DNA of 34,244 nucleotides, from assembly GCF_001194135.2 (NCBI RefSeq), contig NC_068984.1, positions 21,304,765 through 21,339,008 on the forward strand, read 5' to 3'. Position numbers and translations under genes: made by a program. The notes beneath the pieces were generated by a model. The model had not been told where the DNA came from and searched no databases. It saw nothing but the letters and a program-made list of their open reading frames with translations. Shown here piece by piece: positions 1 through 12,080 of the stretch; positions within the stretch are counted from its first letter, which is position 1; every line of letters begins with the position of its first letter. Source of the stretch: Octopus bimaculoides (lineage: Eukaryota).

Positions 1-185
1 CTGAACACTATTCAATTTTTTTTCTCCGTGTTTTTCTCCTTGTCTCCGTATTCTTTCTGTTGAAGAGCGTAGCTCGAAACGTCAAAGACTTTCCGTATTC
101 CCGAGCGTCATACTAATATATACTTTTGTTATTTACACCACCTGTCCTCGTCTGTTGTTATTTTTTGTATATTCTCCCATATAGT
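1..185 (+). mobile_element. Penelope-like element terminal fragment (window-truncated)
   Basis: TGAAGAGCGTAGCTCGAAACGTC at 61-83 resembles the TGAAGA...CGAAACG motif typical of Penelope-like 3' termini; the segment is CpG-rich relative to its flanks. Recognised by eye only. Confidence 0.5.
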
Positions 186-189
186 ATAA

Positions 190-272
190 GATACTTGCCC
201 AAGGTGTCACACAGTGGGAGTGAAGCCAGAACCATGTAGTTGGGAAGCAAGCTTCTTACCACACAGCCTGCA
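190..272 (-). mobile_element. tRNA-SINE family A, 5' fragment
   Basis: Reverse complement of the head of the intact copy at 33088 (cttgcccaaggtg...gcaagcttcttaccacacagcc). Confidence 0.85.
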
Positions 273-734
273 CACACACACACACACACACAAATATTCC
301 TTGTATGTACAGTTAGATGTATGACTGCTACTGGTTGTTACTGTACTTAATAGTGTTACTTGTTATAATATACAGAGCAAATACAGGAAAATAATATGAC
401 AAATACAAGACGCAGTTACATCATTTGTTCCCAATTCATGTTTTGCCACTGTGGCTATCTGCATCCTCTGCAATGGGTGTTCATAGTGTATCTGAATGCA
501 TTTCTTCTGTGTTAATATGATGTAATAAAGTGTGGTGGAAGTAGCTGATCTTAGGTTTGCTTGACCAGGGTTTAGAATTAAACAATGACCAACAAGAAGC
601 ATGTTAAAAAATTGCAGCAGCAAGTTTTAAATAATCTGTTTTATAAATGGGAGCAAATGTTTGTAAAAACACACAAAGGAAAAATAAATAAAAATCGTTT
701 TTAAATCATAGTCTCAACTATCTTTATTTTTTGC

Positions 735-950
735 CTTTCACTCGTTTCATTTATTGGAATGTGGTCATGTTGGAGCACCACCTTGAAAGGTTTTAAGCCA
801 AACAAATCAACCCCATACTTATTTTTGAAGTCTGATCCTTGATCTGTCAGTTTCGTTTGTGGAATCCTTATGTTATGGGGACATAAGCCAACCAACATCG
901 GTTGTCAAGCAGTGGAAGAAGAACAAAGACGGATACATATGATGGGCAAC
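735..950 (-). mobile_element. SINE family A, 3' half, diverged
   Basis: tggagcaccaccttgaa and ggttgtcaagcagtgg match the 3' half of the family A copies at 963 and 33088. Confidence 0.75.
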
Positions 951-962
951 ACAATTTCTGTA

Positions 963-1335
963 TCTTTTATCTTTTACTTGTTTCAGTCATTAGACTGTGG
1001 CCATGCTGGGGCACCACCTTGAAGGGTTTTAGTCAAACAACTTGACCCTAGGAGTTATTTTTTTAAGCCTAGTACTTATTCTATTGGTATTTTTTGCTTA
1101 TGAAGACATAAACACCAACACTGGCTGTCAAGCAGTGGTGGGGGATGAACACAGACACATAGATATAAACACATATACAATGGGCTTCTTTCAGTTTCTG
1201 TCTACCAAATCCACTCACAAAGCTTTAGTCAACCCAAAGCTATATGGAAGACACTTGCCCAAGGTTCTAAATAGAGGGACTGAACTCAGAGCTATTGGTT
1301 AGGAAGCAAGCTTCTAACCACACAGCCATGCCTAT
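963..1335 (-). mobile_element. SINE family A, near full length
   Basis: Colinear reverse complement of 33088-33478, from the tail (cttttacttgtttcagtcat) to the head (cacagccatgccta). Explains ORF 1042-1302. Confidence 0.9.
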
Positions 1336-1480
1336 AAGTGTATACCAAATAGACTTGTAAGGCATTTATCAACTCAGACCTACAGTAAAAGACATTTGCT
1401 CAAGATGCTACAGTGTGACTGAACACAAACCCATGTAATTTCAAAGTGCTCCACTTAACCACACAGGCATGCCTCTACCT

Positions 1481-1657
1481 ATATCATCCTCATCATCATT
1501 TATTGTTGATTTTCCATTCTAACATGGGTTGGGGTTTCAATGGCTGGATGCCCTTCCTAACACCAATCACTTTACAGAGGGTATTGAGTGCTATGTATGT
1601 GGCACCAGCACAGATGCTTTACATGTGGCACTGGCATGATGTTTTTGTATGTGACAC

Positions 1658-1660
<3 letters not shown>
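1481..1660 (-). mobile_element. Diverged RTE-type 3' tail copy
   Basis: catcatcatt...ccattctaacatgggttgg...gctggatgcccttcctaacacca matches the family copy at 15262. Confidence 0.7.

Positions 1661-1737
<77 letters not shown>
1661..1737. repeat. (CA)n microsatellite
   Basis: Perfect CA run, seen directly. Confidence 0.98.
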
Positions 1738-1742
<5 letters not shown>

Positions 1743-2740
1743 TATCTTTTATGACAAAAATGAAATTAAAAAAACAAACCTATTTGTTGGAATTAGAAAT
1801 ATTTAACAAAAATGTGAAAAATATAATTCTCTATTATCAGGTATCCCAGACTCAGAAAACTGAACAATAACAGTTGTCTCACTGCCTTTCTGTTGTGAAT
1901 TCAACTTCAACACTACTCACATCAGGTTTCAGAGACAAAAATAAATTTCTTAAGATCTAAGCAGTGACACAATTTTGTTTTATGACTTAGTCAGAGGAAA
2001 AGAGCAGTAAAAAAAAAATTCACAACTCCACAATTCATAGTTTGCTATAGTAGGTAGAAATGCATCAAGATATAATTACCCAGACCATAGGCTTGGCCTG
2101 AATAATTGCTACAGAATGGACACTTCTTAAGGTACCCTGAGGTACGTGTGATAGTGTGAAACTAGGTGAGGAATTGAATGTCACCTAAGACAAGTACTGT
2201 CTGTCCAATAGGCTTTTATACAGTATCTATCTATCCAATTAATTCAAATGACACTGGCTGATACAGAGCTATGACAGGAGACATTTACTCATGATTCCAC
2301 ACAAGAAATTGGACACAGGAACTTGTGATTGTAAAGAGAACTACTTTACAATCACAATAAATCTTTACACTACTGAGATACCCCCAACTCACTCACCTCT
2401 TAGCATTTTTGATGCATCCCAACATCTTGAAGCTTCGCTAATCATTATTCCAAGCCCTTTCCACCCCCAGACCATTGCCCCTCTGGAATTTTCTTTCTGC
2501 TGATGTTTTCATGTTTTCCTTACAGGTCTTGACAGGCAACATTTTGAATGGAAATTCATGGTATTGAGCTCACTGATCTCAAAGGTTATGAGCAATGCCC
2601 TTTCCTCTAGATCAGGAGTTCGCAATGTGGGCAATACTGCCCCCAAGGGGGCACCTGGTATGCCAAAGAGGGCATTAGGCTTTAGGATACCAACCTATCC
2701 AAGAGTGTAGTGGGTACTTTTTATGTACCACCAATACACA

Positions 2741-2893
2741 ATTGGCTTCTTTCAGTTTCCATCTACCAAATCCATTCACAAGGTTTTGATCAGTCTAAGG
2801 CTATAGTAGAAGACATTTGCCCAAGGTGCCACACAGGGGGACTAAACCTGGAACCATGTTGAGAAGCAAGCTTCTTACCACATAGCCATGCCA
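2741..2893 (-). mobile_element. SINE family A, 5' half
   Basis: ggcttctttcagtttccatctaccaaatcc...gcaagcttcttaccacatagccatgcc. Confidence 0.85.
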
Positions 2894-3113
2894 GCGATTC
2901 TAAATTCATTATAAATATTTTGATTATAATCTAATAAACAGCCACTATTTTGAGGTTACACAAACACAATTTCTGTTACTATGCAAGATGTATCCTATAT
3001 AACACTGTTAAACCCACATATCATGAGTAAAGCTCCAGAATGCACTACATGCACAGTCATAGTAACAGAATTATTTCTGCTTTTTCACTAAGTGTCTAAT
3101 AACACTTACTAGA

Positions 3114-3116
<3 letters not shown>

Positions 3117-3147
<31 letters not shown>

Positions 3148-3162
3148 TGTGTGTGTGTGTGT
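3117..3162. repeat. Compound (GA)n(GT)n microsatellite
   Basis: Seen directly. Confidence 0.95.
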
Positions 3163-4412
3163 AAAATCACCATCCTCATTTTAAAGTCTACTTTTCCATG
3201 TTTCAGTGAATCCCTATTACAAACCCCTTTACAGTATGGACTGGGTGTATTTTATCATGTTGCTTGCACTAGAAAATTTCTTTGATAAGGTTGGAATGTC
3301 CTCTATACAATGTATCTGTTTTTATTTGGACTGATGGCTCTTCTGGACAAGTTGTGACTTGCAGAATCCATGTCTCCCCTCACAGTGCTGAGTACTTAAA
3401 TATCAACTACTTAATGAGTTCTCTTTAAACTGTTTCAGTTTCAGTATTAAGAGGAACAGAACGTAATATGTGGTGCTTATTAGGAAAAAAAATTCTTCCA
3501 TTAGTTTTATAGCAGAATCATATTTTATAGCCTCGCCATCGCGTGTGGTAATGCCGTGAATGTGTTGGTTTGCTTCAGTAGGTTCTATTGAACCTTGTGG
3601 TGTGCAACTAATTGAGACACTTGATGTTGAATTGATGTTTGTTTTCCTCTTTTTCCATTTTTTCTCCCGTTTTTGGATTTATATTTTTTTAATGCGGTTT
3701 CTATATTACTATATGTATCATATATATATATATATATACATGTTTATAATTCTAATAAAATAAACAGAATATGAACACGTTCCCCACAATGATGTAAAGA
3801 ACTGACACATAATGTACATTGATGAAAACATGGGAGGACAGAATATGTTTTAACAATAAACTTTTAAGTACAATATCTAAGATTCACTGAAATAGACTGG
3901 TAAACTGAAAATGGAAAACGAAAATGCCAGAGTAGTCTCCCTTTGTAAAACATTAAAATAATTTATTGTTTAAACTTAAATTTTGATACTCTACTCCAGG
4001 GCCAGCTATGATAAGGATGTTCCGTTTTAGTCCTGGAGGCTTTCTGCATAGCCTTTAAAAATCTGAAACATGCACACACACACTCGCTACACACACATTT
4101 CTGTAGATTTAGAGTAAAATGTGCGATAGATCATTCAAGTTATGTTTATGTATTCTACTTTAAGGAGTAGAATTACATACACAGTAAATGAATATATACA
4201 TACGCACATATACATACATTCGTACACACACACACACATAATATACACATACACACACAGGCTACACTTAGCAGTCTCTAAAATGCACAAGTTAATAAAG
4301 CGAAGTAGCTAAAAGTTAGTCAAAAGAAAATATTTAACTCACTCTGTAATTTTTATATCTAACCATGGCTGTGTTTCAAACAATACTGTAACAGCTGTAA
4401 TGTGGAAGGTAG

Positions 4413-4443
<31 letters not shown>

Positions 4444-4460
4444 TGTGTGTGTGTGTGTGT
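4413..4460. repeat. (GT)n(GCGT)n(GT)n compound microsatellite
   Basis: Seen directly; alternating purine-pyrimidine tract. Confidence 0.95.
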
Positions 4461-5657
4461 GAGTGTAACTGTTTACCTATCTCTCACCTTTTTTTATCTC
4501 TGAAAGAAGAACAAATGATGACAAATTAACAAAGATTGAGGAAGTGTCAAGGCCTTCAGGGCTTAACAATTTACTAATCTCCTTCCTCTTTCACCTCCAT
4601 TAGACAAACACATTTTGTTAGTTTCTCTCTCTCCATTTTTTTCTATCTTCTTATCTCTCTCTATCCCCCCTCTCTCTCTCTCTCTCTCTTTCCCTCTCCC
4701 ATGCCTTTTTTTGTTTTGAAAAAGTTTTTCTTACTCATTTAAAAATCGACCTTTCATTGTTCATACACACCCGTTGCATATCTGTTTCTTTCAACAGGTG
4801 GACTGTCAGAGAGGGTCTCTGTTGTCCACTCATGACTAAACAGGTATAACACAAGAACATTATAATAACCAGTCATCCTCAATTGCAAACAGTGTGATTA
4901 CGTGTATCCTCTATAAATATGCGTGTGTGAATAAGTGGGTAGATAAAAAGTACAGGCACTCAACACATTTGCTAATAGTTGCATTATTATCTTTAAAAAA
5001 AAACAAAAAAAAATAGTTTGATTTGGCCTCATGCAACTTAAAGTTCAGCCTGACCACCTAGGTTCCTGTGACAAGCTTGAGAAACATTAAGCTTCATGGA
5101 GCTGAACCAAACTGTTTTTAAATAATATCATTCCTTTTATGTCCATTTTCCCATGCTAGCATTGGTTAGCTGGAAACATATTTGAGGCAGCATTTTATGG
5201 TCATGTACCCTTCCTATCACCAACAGCCTACCTGTTTTTTTCAAAAAAGGGATTTTTTAAATACTCCAGTAGTTTTTCTAAGGCACTGAGTGACATGTCA
5301 TGATGTCAACAGGGAATGCAAGCATCTCACAAATACACACATCATATATATATATATATATATATACATACATGATGGGCTTCTGTGCACATATTGTCTA
5401 CAACATATTCTCATCATTGTTTTTATGTTCACTTTTCTATATTTACTTGGGTTAAACAGAATTCAATGAGGCAAATCTTCTACACCCAGATACCCATTTC
5501 CAATATTTGTATATATGGCAATTTTTTCCCTATTGTTTGCCATTTACATCGAAGACTGAAAACAAAGGACACTGCTTGTGAGACAATGATACAACTATTG
5601 CCTGATGTCAAAACAAGGAGATAGAAATACACACACACACATAAATACATATATGAA

Positions 5658-5818
5658 ATGAGCTTCCTTAAATTTCCATTAACCAAATCCACTCAAAAAG
5701 TTTTGTCAGCTTGGAACTAGTAGAATAGCAGAGACTTGCTCCAGGTTCCATGAAGTGAGATTGAGCCTGAAACCATGTGATAGGGAAGCAAACTTCTTAC
5801 CATACACTCATGCCTGTG
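5658..5818 (-). mobile_element. SINE family A, 5' half, diverged
   Basis: accaaatccactcaaaaag...ggaagcaaacttcttaccatacactcatgcctg. Confidence 0.8.
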
Positions 5819-5945
5819 CTTATAAGCTATGCTTGTGTGTGTTTACACATATATGCACACAGATTAAATGAGCCAAGAGCGTCTCTTCATGTTTGTTCAA
5901 TCTGCTAGAAATACTAACCAAATTTCTCTCAAATCATTATGCTAA

Positions 5946-6131
5946 CCCTTTAGCATTTGAACCAGCTACATCTCACTCAAATAGCCAGATCCAGCCTATC
6001 ACACCTACTCAACAATGTCATTTTAGATATAAACATTGAAATCTTGAAGCTACAAGACAATGCATGATTAATTCAAAATTATGTGAATAAATAAGCATTA
6101 CATTCAACAGAATAATTCATATGCTAAAAAA
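5946..6131. mobile_element. piggyBac-like MITE, decayed
   Basis: Left end ctaa|CCCTTTAGCATT and right end atgctaaaaaactaa, consistent with a decayed TTAA|CCC...GGG|TTAA element. The internal segment gcatgattaattcaaaa...gaataaataa is shared with 12081-12296. Confidence 0.5.
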
Positions 6132-6730
6132 CTAAAACAAGAAGGATGGCACTGGTGTAAAAAAAAAAAATGATAAAAATAAAAGAAAAAAACAGGGGAA
6201 GATCAAAGCTTATGCACCTTTGATCATGGGTTTGCTCAAACAGGGATAACCTGGAGTTAAATAAGGAAAACATTCTTATGCATGATGTTCTCACAATCTT
6301 GATAGGTAGACATCATCTGTTGCCAGTTGAAAGCCACCATATGGTCCCTAGGTGGTTTTCAAAAGATATATTCTGTTGCATAAGCCTCAAGTCTTGAGGG
6401 TAACTTCTTTCTACTCTTGGTTACACTGAATATCAATGCCACTGCCCTTTCACCTCTAAGCCATATTTTTTTTTTTAAAAAAGCATAATCTCTGCTGGCA
6501 GGTTGTCAATGATTAACCTGGCAACAACACAAAGACAAACAGTTCAACATGTTAAAAGTGACTCAAGCATAAGAAATCCAGTACAAGTAGATGAGATATA
6601 CTAGGTAAGTTGTCAGTGAGTCATGGTTGATAGAGAAAGTAGGCCAAATATGACAAATGTGGAAAGGTATACAAGACATACAGAACTATATCAAATGTAG
6701 TGTGAAGGACAATTAACTAGTGAACTATGT

Positions 6731-6890
6731 GCGGTGATATTGTTACTATTAGCACACCAAACAAAATTCTTAGCGGTATTTCGTCCATCTTTATGTTCTA
6801 ACTTCAAATTTCATCAAGGTCAACTTAACTGTTCATCCTTTCAAGGGCGATAAAATAAGAACCAGTTAAATAGTGGAGTTGATGTAAATC
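6731..6890 (+). mobile_element. tRNA-SINE family B copy
   Basis: ttagcggtatttcgtccatctttatgttct...aaggtcaact...ttcatcctttcaagg matches the copies at 17.5-19.8 kb. Confidence 0.75.
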
Positions 6891-6958
6891 TTACTAAACC
6901 AAATCTAAGCTGTAGCTTAACAATAACAACGACACACTATGCAGATTTGTTGTAAATT

Positions 6959-7585
6959 CATCATCATCATTTAACGTCCGCTTTCCATGACTGAGGACTG
7001 GCAAGCCAGAAGGTTACACCAGGCTCCAATCTGATTTGGCAGAGTTTCTACAGCTTCCTAATGCCAACCACTCTGAGAGTGTAGTGGGTGCTTTTATGTG
7101 CCACAGGCATGAAGGCCAGTCAGGCAGTACTGGCAATGGCCATGCTCAAAATGGTGTATTTTACGTGCCACCTGCACAGGAGCCAGTCCAGTGGCACTGG
7201 CAACGATCTCGCTTGAATGTCTTTTCACGTGCCAGGAAGGCAACGCTGGTAACGATCACGTTCAAATGGTGCTATTTACGTGCCACTGGCATGGAAGCCA
7301 GACAGCTGCTCTGGCAACGATCACACTNNNNNNNNNNNNNNNNNNNNNCAACAGTGCTCTTAGCGCTCCGCTGGCACAAGTGCCATCACGATTTTGCTTT
7401 CGCTTGCCCCAAAAGGTCTTCGCAAGCCGAGTTCAGTGTCCAATGAAGGAGACGAAAGCATGGGTGCCAGTCGTCGAATTTAGTTCGATTTCGATTTCAC
7501 TTGCCTCAACAGGTCTTCGCAAGCCGAGTTTAGTGTCCAATGAAGGAAAGGTACGCATAAGTGGGCTGGTTACATCCCTGGCAGA
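6959..7585 (-). mobile_element. Long RTE-type 3' UTR/tail copy with (GAT)n tail; contains an N gap at 7328-7348
   Basis: Begins with catcatcatcatttaacgtccgctttccatg on the + strand and is colinear with the reverse complement of 9589-10053. Explains ORFs 7036, 7191, 7433 and 7561. RTE assignment is inferred from the microsatellite tail. Confidence 0.8.
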
Positions 7586-7599
7586 GGCCTTGGATTTTG

Positions 7600-7745
7600 T
7601 TCTCACTTGGCTTGCTAGGTCAAGCGGTATTTGGTTGCACTCTTTATATTCTGAGTTCAGACCCTGCACAGGTTTACTTTGCCTTTTGTTCTTCTAAGGT
7701 CAATGAAATAAGTATTGGGATTGATGTAATTGACTACACCAAAGA
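7600..7745 (+). mobile_element. SINE family B, diverged
   Basis: gcggtatttgg...ttctgagttcag...ttgcctttt...aaggtcaatgaaataagta...gatgtaattgac. Confidence 0.7.
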
Positions 7746-8916
7746 AGGTGATACCCCAGTTTAGTTATCACCCAATGAATGAATGATGCCATAAAAACTT
7801 TAGAAACAGAATAGTGGAATTGGTAGAAATGCTAAAGACCAGGTCTAGAAGTGTAATGAAATTTAGTTCAGCATTTCAGAATTTTACAACTTAAATCACA
7901 CAGTGGTGGTCATGTTTAAGTAAATACCAATAACATACTGTGGATGAAATTATCTTATTCTTTCCACATTTTATGAGATTGTCTCTTAGGGAGAAATCAT
8001 TTTATTGTTTTTTTCCCCCTCTCAAACAAAAATTTGAACCCATCTCCTATTACATCAGACCAACCCAAAAAGTAGTATAAATTAGTCAAGCATGAAGAAA
8101 AGCGATCTATTTTATGCAGGAACTTTCAGCTATTGGCTTCTCTTCCTCAAAGAATTCTAATTTATTCAAAACTGCCTAGATGTAAACTATCACTACTTTA
8201 CTCAGATTCTAGTTTTTCACTCACTAAGTGTATGTAGGTATGACCATGTAGTTAATAAGTTCCTTTTGCAATGATCAAGTCCTGCATTTAATCTCAGTGT
8301 CTGGCATTTTGGGCATGTTTCTTTTACTATAACTTCTGGTCAACCAAAGTCTTGTGATTGAAATTGAATAGATGGAAACTTTGTAGAAGTATCAGATTAG
8401 ATTGTACCAGGTGACATAGAGGCTCCCTCATTAACTCATATAAAACATAAGTTTACTCTTATGGAACACCTACGTTCATGTGTAAGTGTATATAATCAGA
8501 CCAAACACAAAGTTTTCCCACCACCACCTACGTTTTTCCTACAGATGTTCAGTCTGGGCATTAGTCACACCACACAGCAATCTAAACCGTCTGAAAAATC
8601 TCAACCGTCTGCTTAACTTCACAACTTATTTGAAAAATTTAAAAAAATGTACATGTGTATGTATATATTAATGTTCTCTTTATGCTACATGTATGTATAG
8701 ATGTTAATGCATGCATATGTGTGGCGAGTGGGGTGGAATGGAAGAGAAATAAAAAGGAAGTCAGGCATTAAGGTCAAATGACATCCAAAACATGGTACAC
8801 TGGTTACACAATCTCAAAGTAGAGCAGAATAAAATTGGGTTAGTATCTAGAATGGTGAATTACTAGTGAGTGACCAGCCACTTACATTACTGAGTATATG
8901 TGGGTGTTGGCACATA

Positions 8917-8961
<45 letters not shown>

Positions 8962-9084
8962 GTATGCAAGCCTATTTTGGGTTTTTTTTTAAAGAATTTT
9001 TTTCATAAGATGGCCAAAGGAGACAACTCTCAAATTAGTGAGTCTGGTGTGATTATTATTCAGCATAAATATACATAAGCCAAG

Positions 9085-9430
9085 TGGTAGGCACAGCTAA
9101 ATTGTTAACAAGTTTGCTTGGCAATCACAAAGTCTTGGGTTCAATCCCACTGCATGGCATCTTAGCATAGCTAGGAGTGAACACATGCCATATGAATTAA
9201 ATTTGGTAGGTGGTAAGTTATGCCAAAGCCTGTCAGATGGATTGGTCTAGTAATTAATTCAAAGGTCCAGCCTTGTCATGTGCTGTGCCACACTGTTTCA
9301 GCTCAGAAAATTATATTAAGGGTAGGCAAACAGTGTGGAATACTCACCCACTTATACATTAATTTAAGAAATCAGACATTCAGTTAATCAAGCAATTGAA
9401 TGCTTATCAATGAAATTAACAGAGAATCCA
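9085..9430 (+). mobile_element. SINE family A-like head joined to a different 3' region
   Basis: The head (ggcacagctaaattgttaacaag...gggttcaatcccactgcatggcatctt) matches family A; sequence after about 9240 does not match the family A tail. Confidence 0.55.
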
Positions 9431-9440
9431 TCAACTAAGG

Positions 9441-10156
9441 CAGTGGTTCTCAACCAGGGCCCATATAAAATTTTGTAGTTAAAGTTTATGCAAAATAAAT
9501 TGGTTACACTTCTACAATGCACAAAATATTTTAACAAATTTTTTATACAATTCCTAATATGTAATTATAAAAATATAATTGAACCATACTCGATGACTGG
9601 CACCTGTGCCAGTAGAGCACTAACAGCACTGTCCGAGTGTGTTCATTGCCACAGCAGCTGTCTGGCTTCCATGCTAGTGGCCTGTAAATAGCACTATTTG
9701 AGCGTAATTGTTACCAGAGTCGTCTTCTAGCACTTGTGCTGGTGGCACGTTAGAAAATCATTCAAGCGAGGTTGTTGCCAGTGCCACTGGACTGGCTCCT
9801 GTGTAGGTGGCACGTAAAAAACACCTTTTTGAGCGTGGCTGTTGCCAGTACCGTGTGACTGGCCCTCGTGCCGGTGGCACGTAAAAGCACCCATTGCACT
9901 CTTGGAGTGGTTGGCATTAGGAAGGGCATCCAGCTGTAGAAACTCTGCCACATCAGATTGGAGCCTGGTGCAACCTTCTGGCTTGCCAGTACTCAGTCAA
10001 ATCGTCCAACCCATGCTAGCATAGAAAGCGGACGTTAAATGATGATGATGATGAATTGGATTTTTTAAACAACAAATGACTATGTGGACCCACCTGAGTA
10101 AAAACAAAATCAAAAGGTTCCATAGGTAAAAAAAAAAATATGGTTGGGAAACACTG
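9441..10156. mobile_element. hAT (Charlie-like) MITE interrupted by a retro-insertion
   Basis: TIRs CAGTGGTTCTCAACCA (9441) and TGGTTGGGAAACACTG (ending 10156); flanking 8-mers aactaagg and atctaagg (7/8 match) fit the 8-bp TSD of hAT elements. Confidence 0.85.
9589..10053 (+). mobile_element. RTE-type 3' UTR/tail copy nested in the hAT MITE
   Basis: Ends ccaacccatgctagcatagaaagcggacgttaaatgatgatgatgatg; homologous to the 6959 and 15262 copies. Confidence 0.88.
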
Positions 10157-10734
10157 ATCTAAGGTAATGCCTGTGTAAACTTAAAACATATCCAGATCAA
10201 TGTCAGTAATTTGACAGCAGCACTGTTGGTGTACACAGTTAAATGCTTCATAGGTATTTATTCTGGCTCTCTGTGCTCCGAGTTCAAATCCCACTGAGGT
10301 AAACTTTACCTTTCCTTCTTTTGGTTGTTGATAAACAAAATACCAACCTCAGGTGGTGGTAGGTTGACAAAATTGGTAGAATGATAAACAGGATACCTTG
10401 CAGTATCTTCTCTGGTCCTGTACATTCTTAATTCAAAAAATCCTGTCCTTAACCACTATTGCAGTAAAGTAACTTCTGGAGGGACTAAACAAGACAAAGA
10501 AAAAAAGAAAAAAAAAGCACAAAGTTCCAAAAAGCTTCTTCCCTTATTTAGTAGGGACAAACTAAGAGTACTAAGTCCTTGTAGAAGGCGTTGGTGGTGA
10601 TGAAGATGATGAAGAGGAGGGAATTTCAGATGCTTACAGTTCTGAACAAAATGTTTAGTGAAAGGTCTGGGAGGTGAGAAACAATAAGGGAAGAGAAGAA
10701 GATGATCAAACCAAAGAGGAAAACTTACAGGGTC

Positions 10735-10928
10735 ACATGATGTGTCAAAAATGGCTGCTAAATTTCCCTCATATCACACCCTACAGTCTTAAAAAGGGAA
10801 GAGTCATAGTGGATAATGTAATCCTAGATTAGACTGCACTTGAACCAAAAACAAGACAGGTTGGTCACAAATTGAATACTTTGATCAGAGATCTGTTCCA
10901 TCAAAGTTGACCAAGGGTTAAACAACAT
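10735..10928 (+). mobile_element. Interspersed repeat family C with (CAA)n-type tail
   Basis: gctgctaaatttccctcatatcacacc matches ctagaaatagcagcctaatctccctcaaatca at 11341-11372 and similar motifs at 5901, 22170, 22368 and 29110 (- strand). Confidence 0.6.
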
Positions 10929-12080
10929 CAAAGAGGAGAAAGAGAGAAACATTAGACAATTAGGCCCTGATAGAAGAAGTATGAGACCTGCTAGTTCAGT
11001 AGAGCAGAGGCCATTGTAGTAGCAGTAGAAGAGGAAGAGAGTAGAAGCAGAATATCATGGTTGTAGCATGTTGGTAATTAAATCGTTACCAATCAAATAA
11101 ATGGAGTTCAAAGATGTTTGTGGTGTATAGTAAGTACACTGTTCCATAGATTTGTTCACTATTCCAATCAGGGTTTTATTTATGCCTTCTAGAGAAGATT
11201 GGCACAGAAAGAGGGCTCAAGTGCTTAGGTCTAAGACATATTCAAAAGTTTGTCATTCATTACTAGCTATATATCAGTTATGAAATACAGATTATGTCAG
11301 CCTACATATATAAGGGATCATCTGCATGGTTATTGATCTGCTAGAAATAGCAGCCTAATCTCCCTCAAATCAAACAGTCAAATGTCAACCAACACGCAAG
11401 AGTAACTTTATGCTGTTTCTCATGCACAATATGTGAAATATAAATATTGTAAGCTTTACATTAACACATACATACACAGCTACAAGCTATATACACCAAA
11501 CTACACACCCACACAAGCATATACATCAACATATACACGTATCCAAACTTATCACTACAGCTAAGAAAGGGACAATAGAAAATATAAAACAAAAACAGTG
11601 GGGGATTTGCATTTAATAAGGAGAAATCAACTATAACAATAAAACCAACAGCAAAGTAACAATAAATAACAAAAACAAGAACATAACAAGCAAAATTCTC
11701 AAAACTGGGTACAATCACATATGACCCTGGGAACCTCACACAAAGCACTGAAATATCCTGATGGGTTAAAGTAGGCACCTTCTCACAGTTCTTATCACTA
11801 GCATGCTGCTTACATGGCTACAACAGGAATATTTAGCAACACCATTCTAACTACACTCTCTCACCCTTAGTAAAAATCTCTGAAAGGAAACAACTTTCTC
11901 CCTCACACAACCTCTCTTTCTGTTCACTTTCCTCTTCAAGTGTTACTAGAAAATAGTCATGGATGCTGTCCTTTTCAAATGATACTTGGCTCCAAAAGAA
12001 AAAGGTTTTTCTTTAACGTGTTTCAATTGTGACCACCACACACAACTTTGTCAGAAGCACTAGGCTAGGGATTCTCCCCT

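Noticed and set aside
2613-2660. caggagttcgcaatgtggg as a possible hAT left TIR
   Set aside because: I found no matching right TIR or TSD; at most it is a remnant.
3994-4038. Hairpin ctccagggc...gtcctggag as a possible pre-miRNA
   Set aside because: The stem is only about 9 bp with a large loop, too short for a Drosha/Dicer precursor.
4413-4460. Z-DNA-prone (GT/GC) tract as a regulatory element
   Set aside because: Such tracts are ubiquitous in this window and there is no identified promoter to link it to.
7036-7764. Overlapping 67-168 aa ORFs, with similar peptides at 9727-10024 and 15329
   Set aside because: They are alternative-frame translations of the same non-coding retroelement 3' region; the recurring MAEFLQL peptide reflects repeat copies, not a gene family.
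11461-11778. ORF containing RFPGSYVIVPSFE, reminiscent of calpain domain III (PGEYVIVPSTFE)
   Set aside because: The match is short, the rest of the ORF is low-complexity T/G-skewed sequence, and there are no suitable splice sites or other calpain exons.
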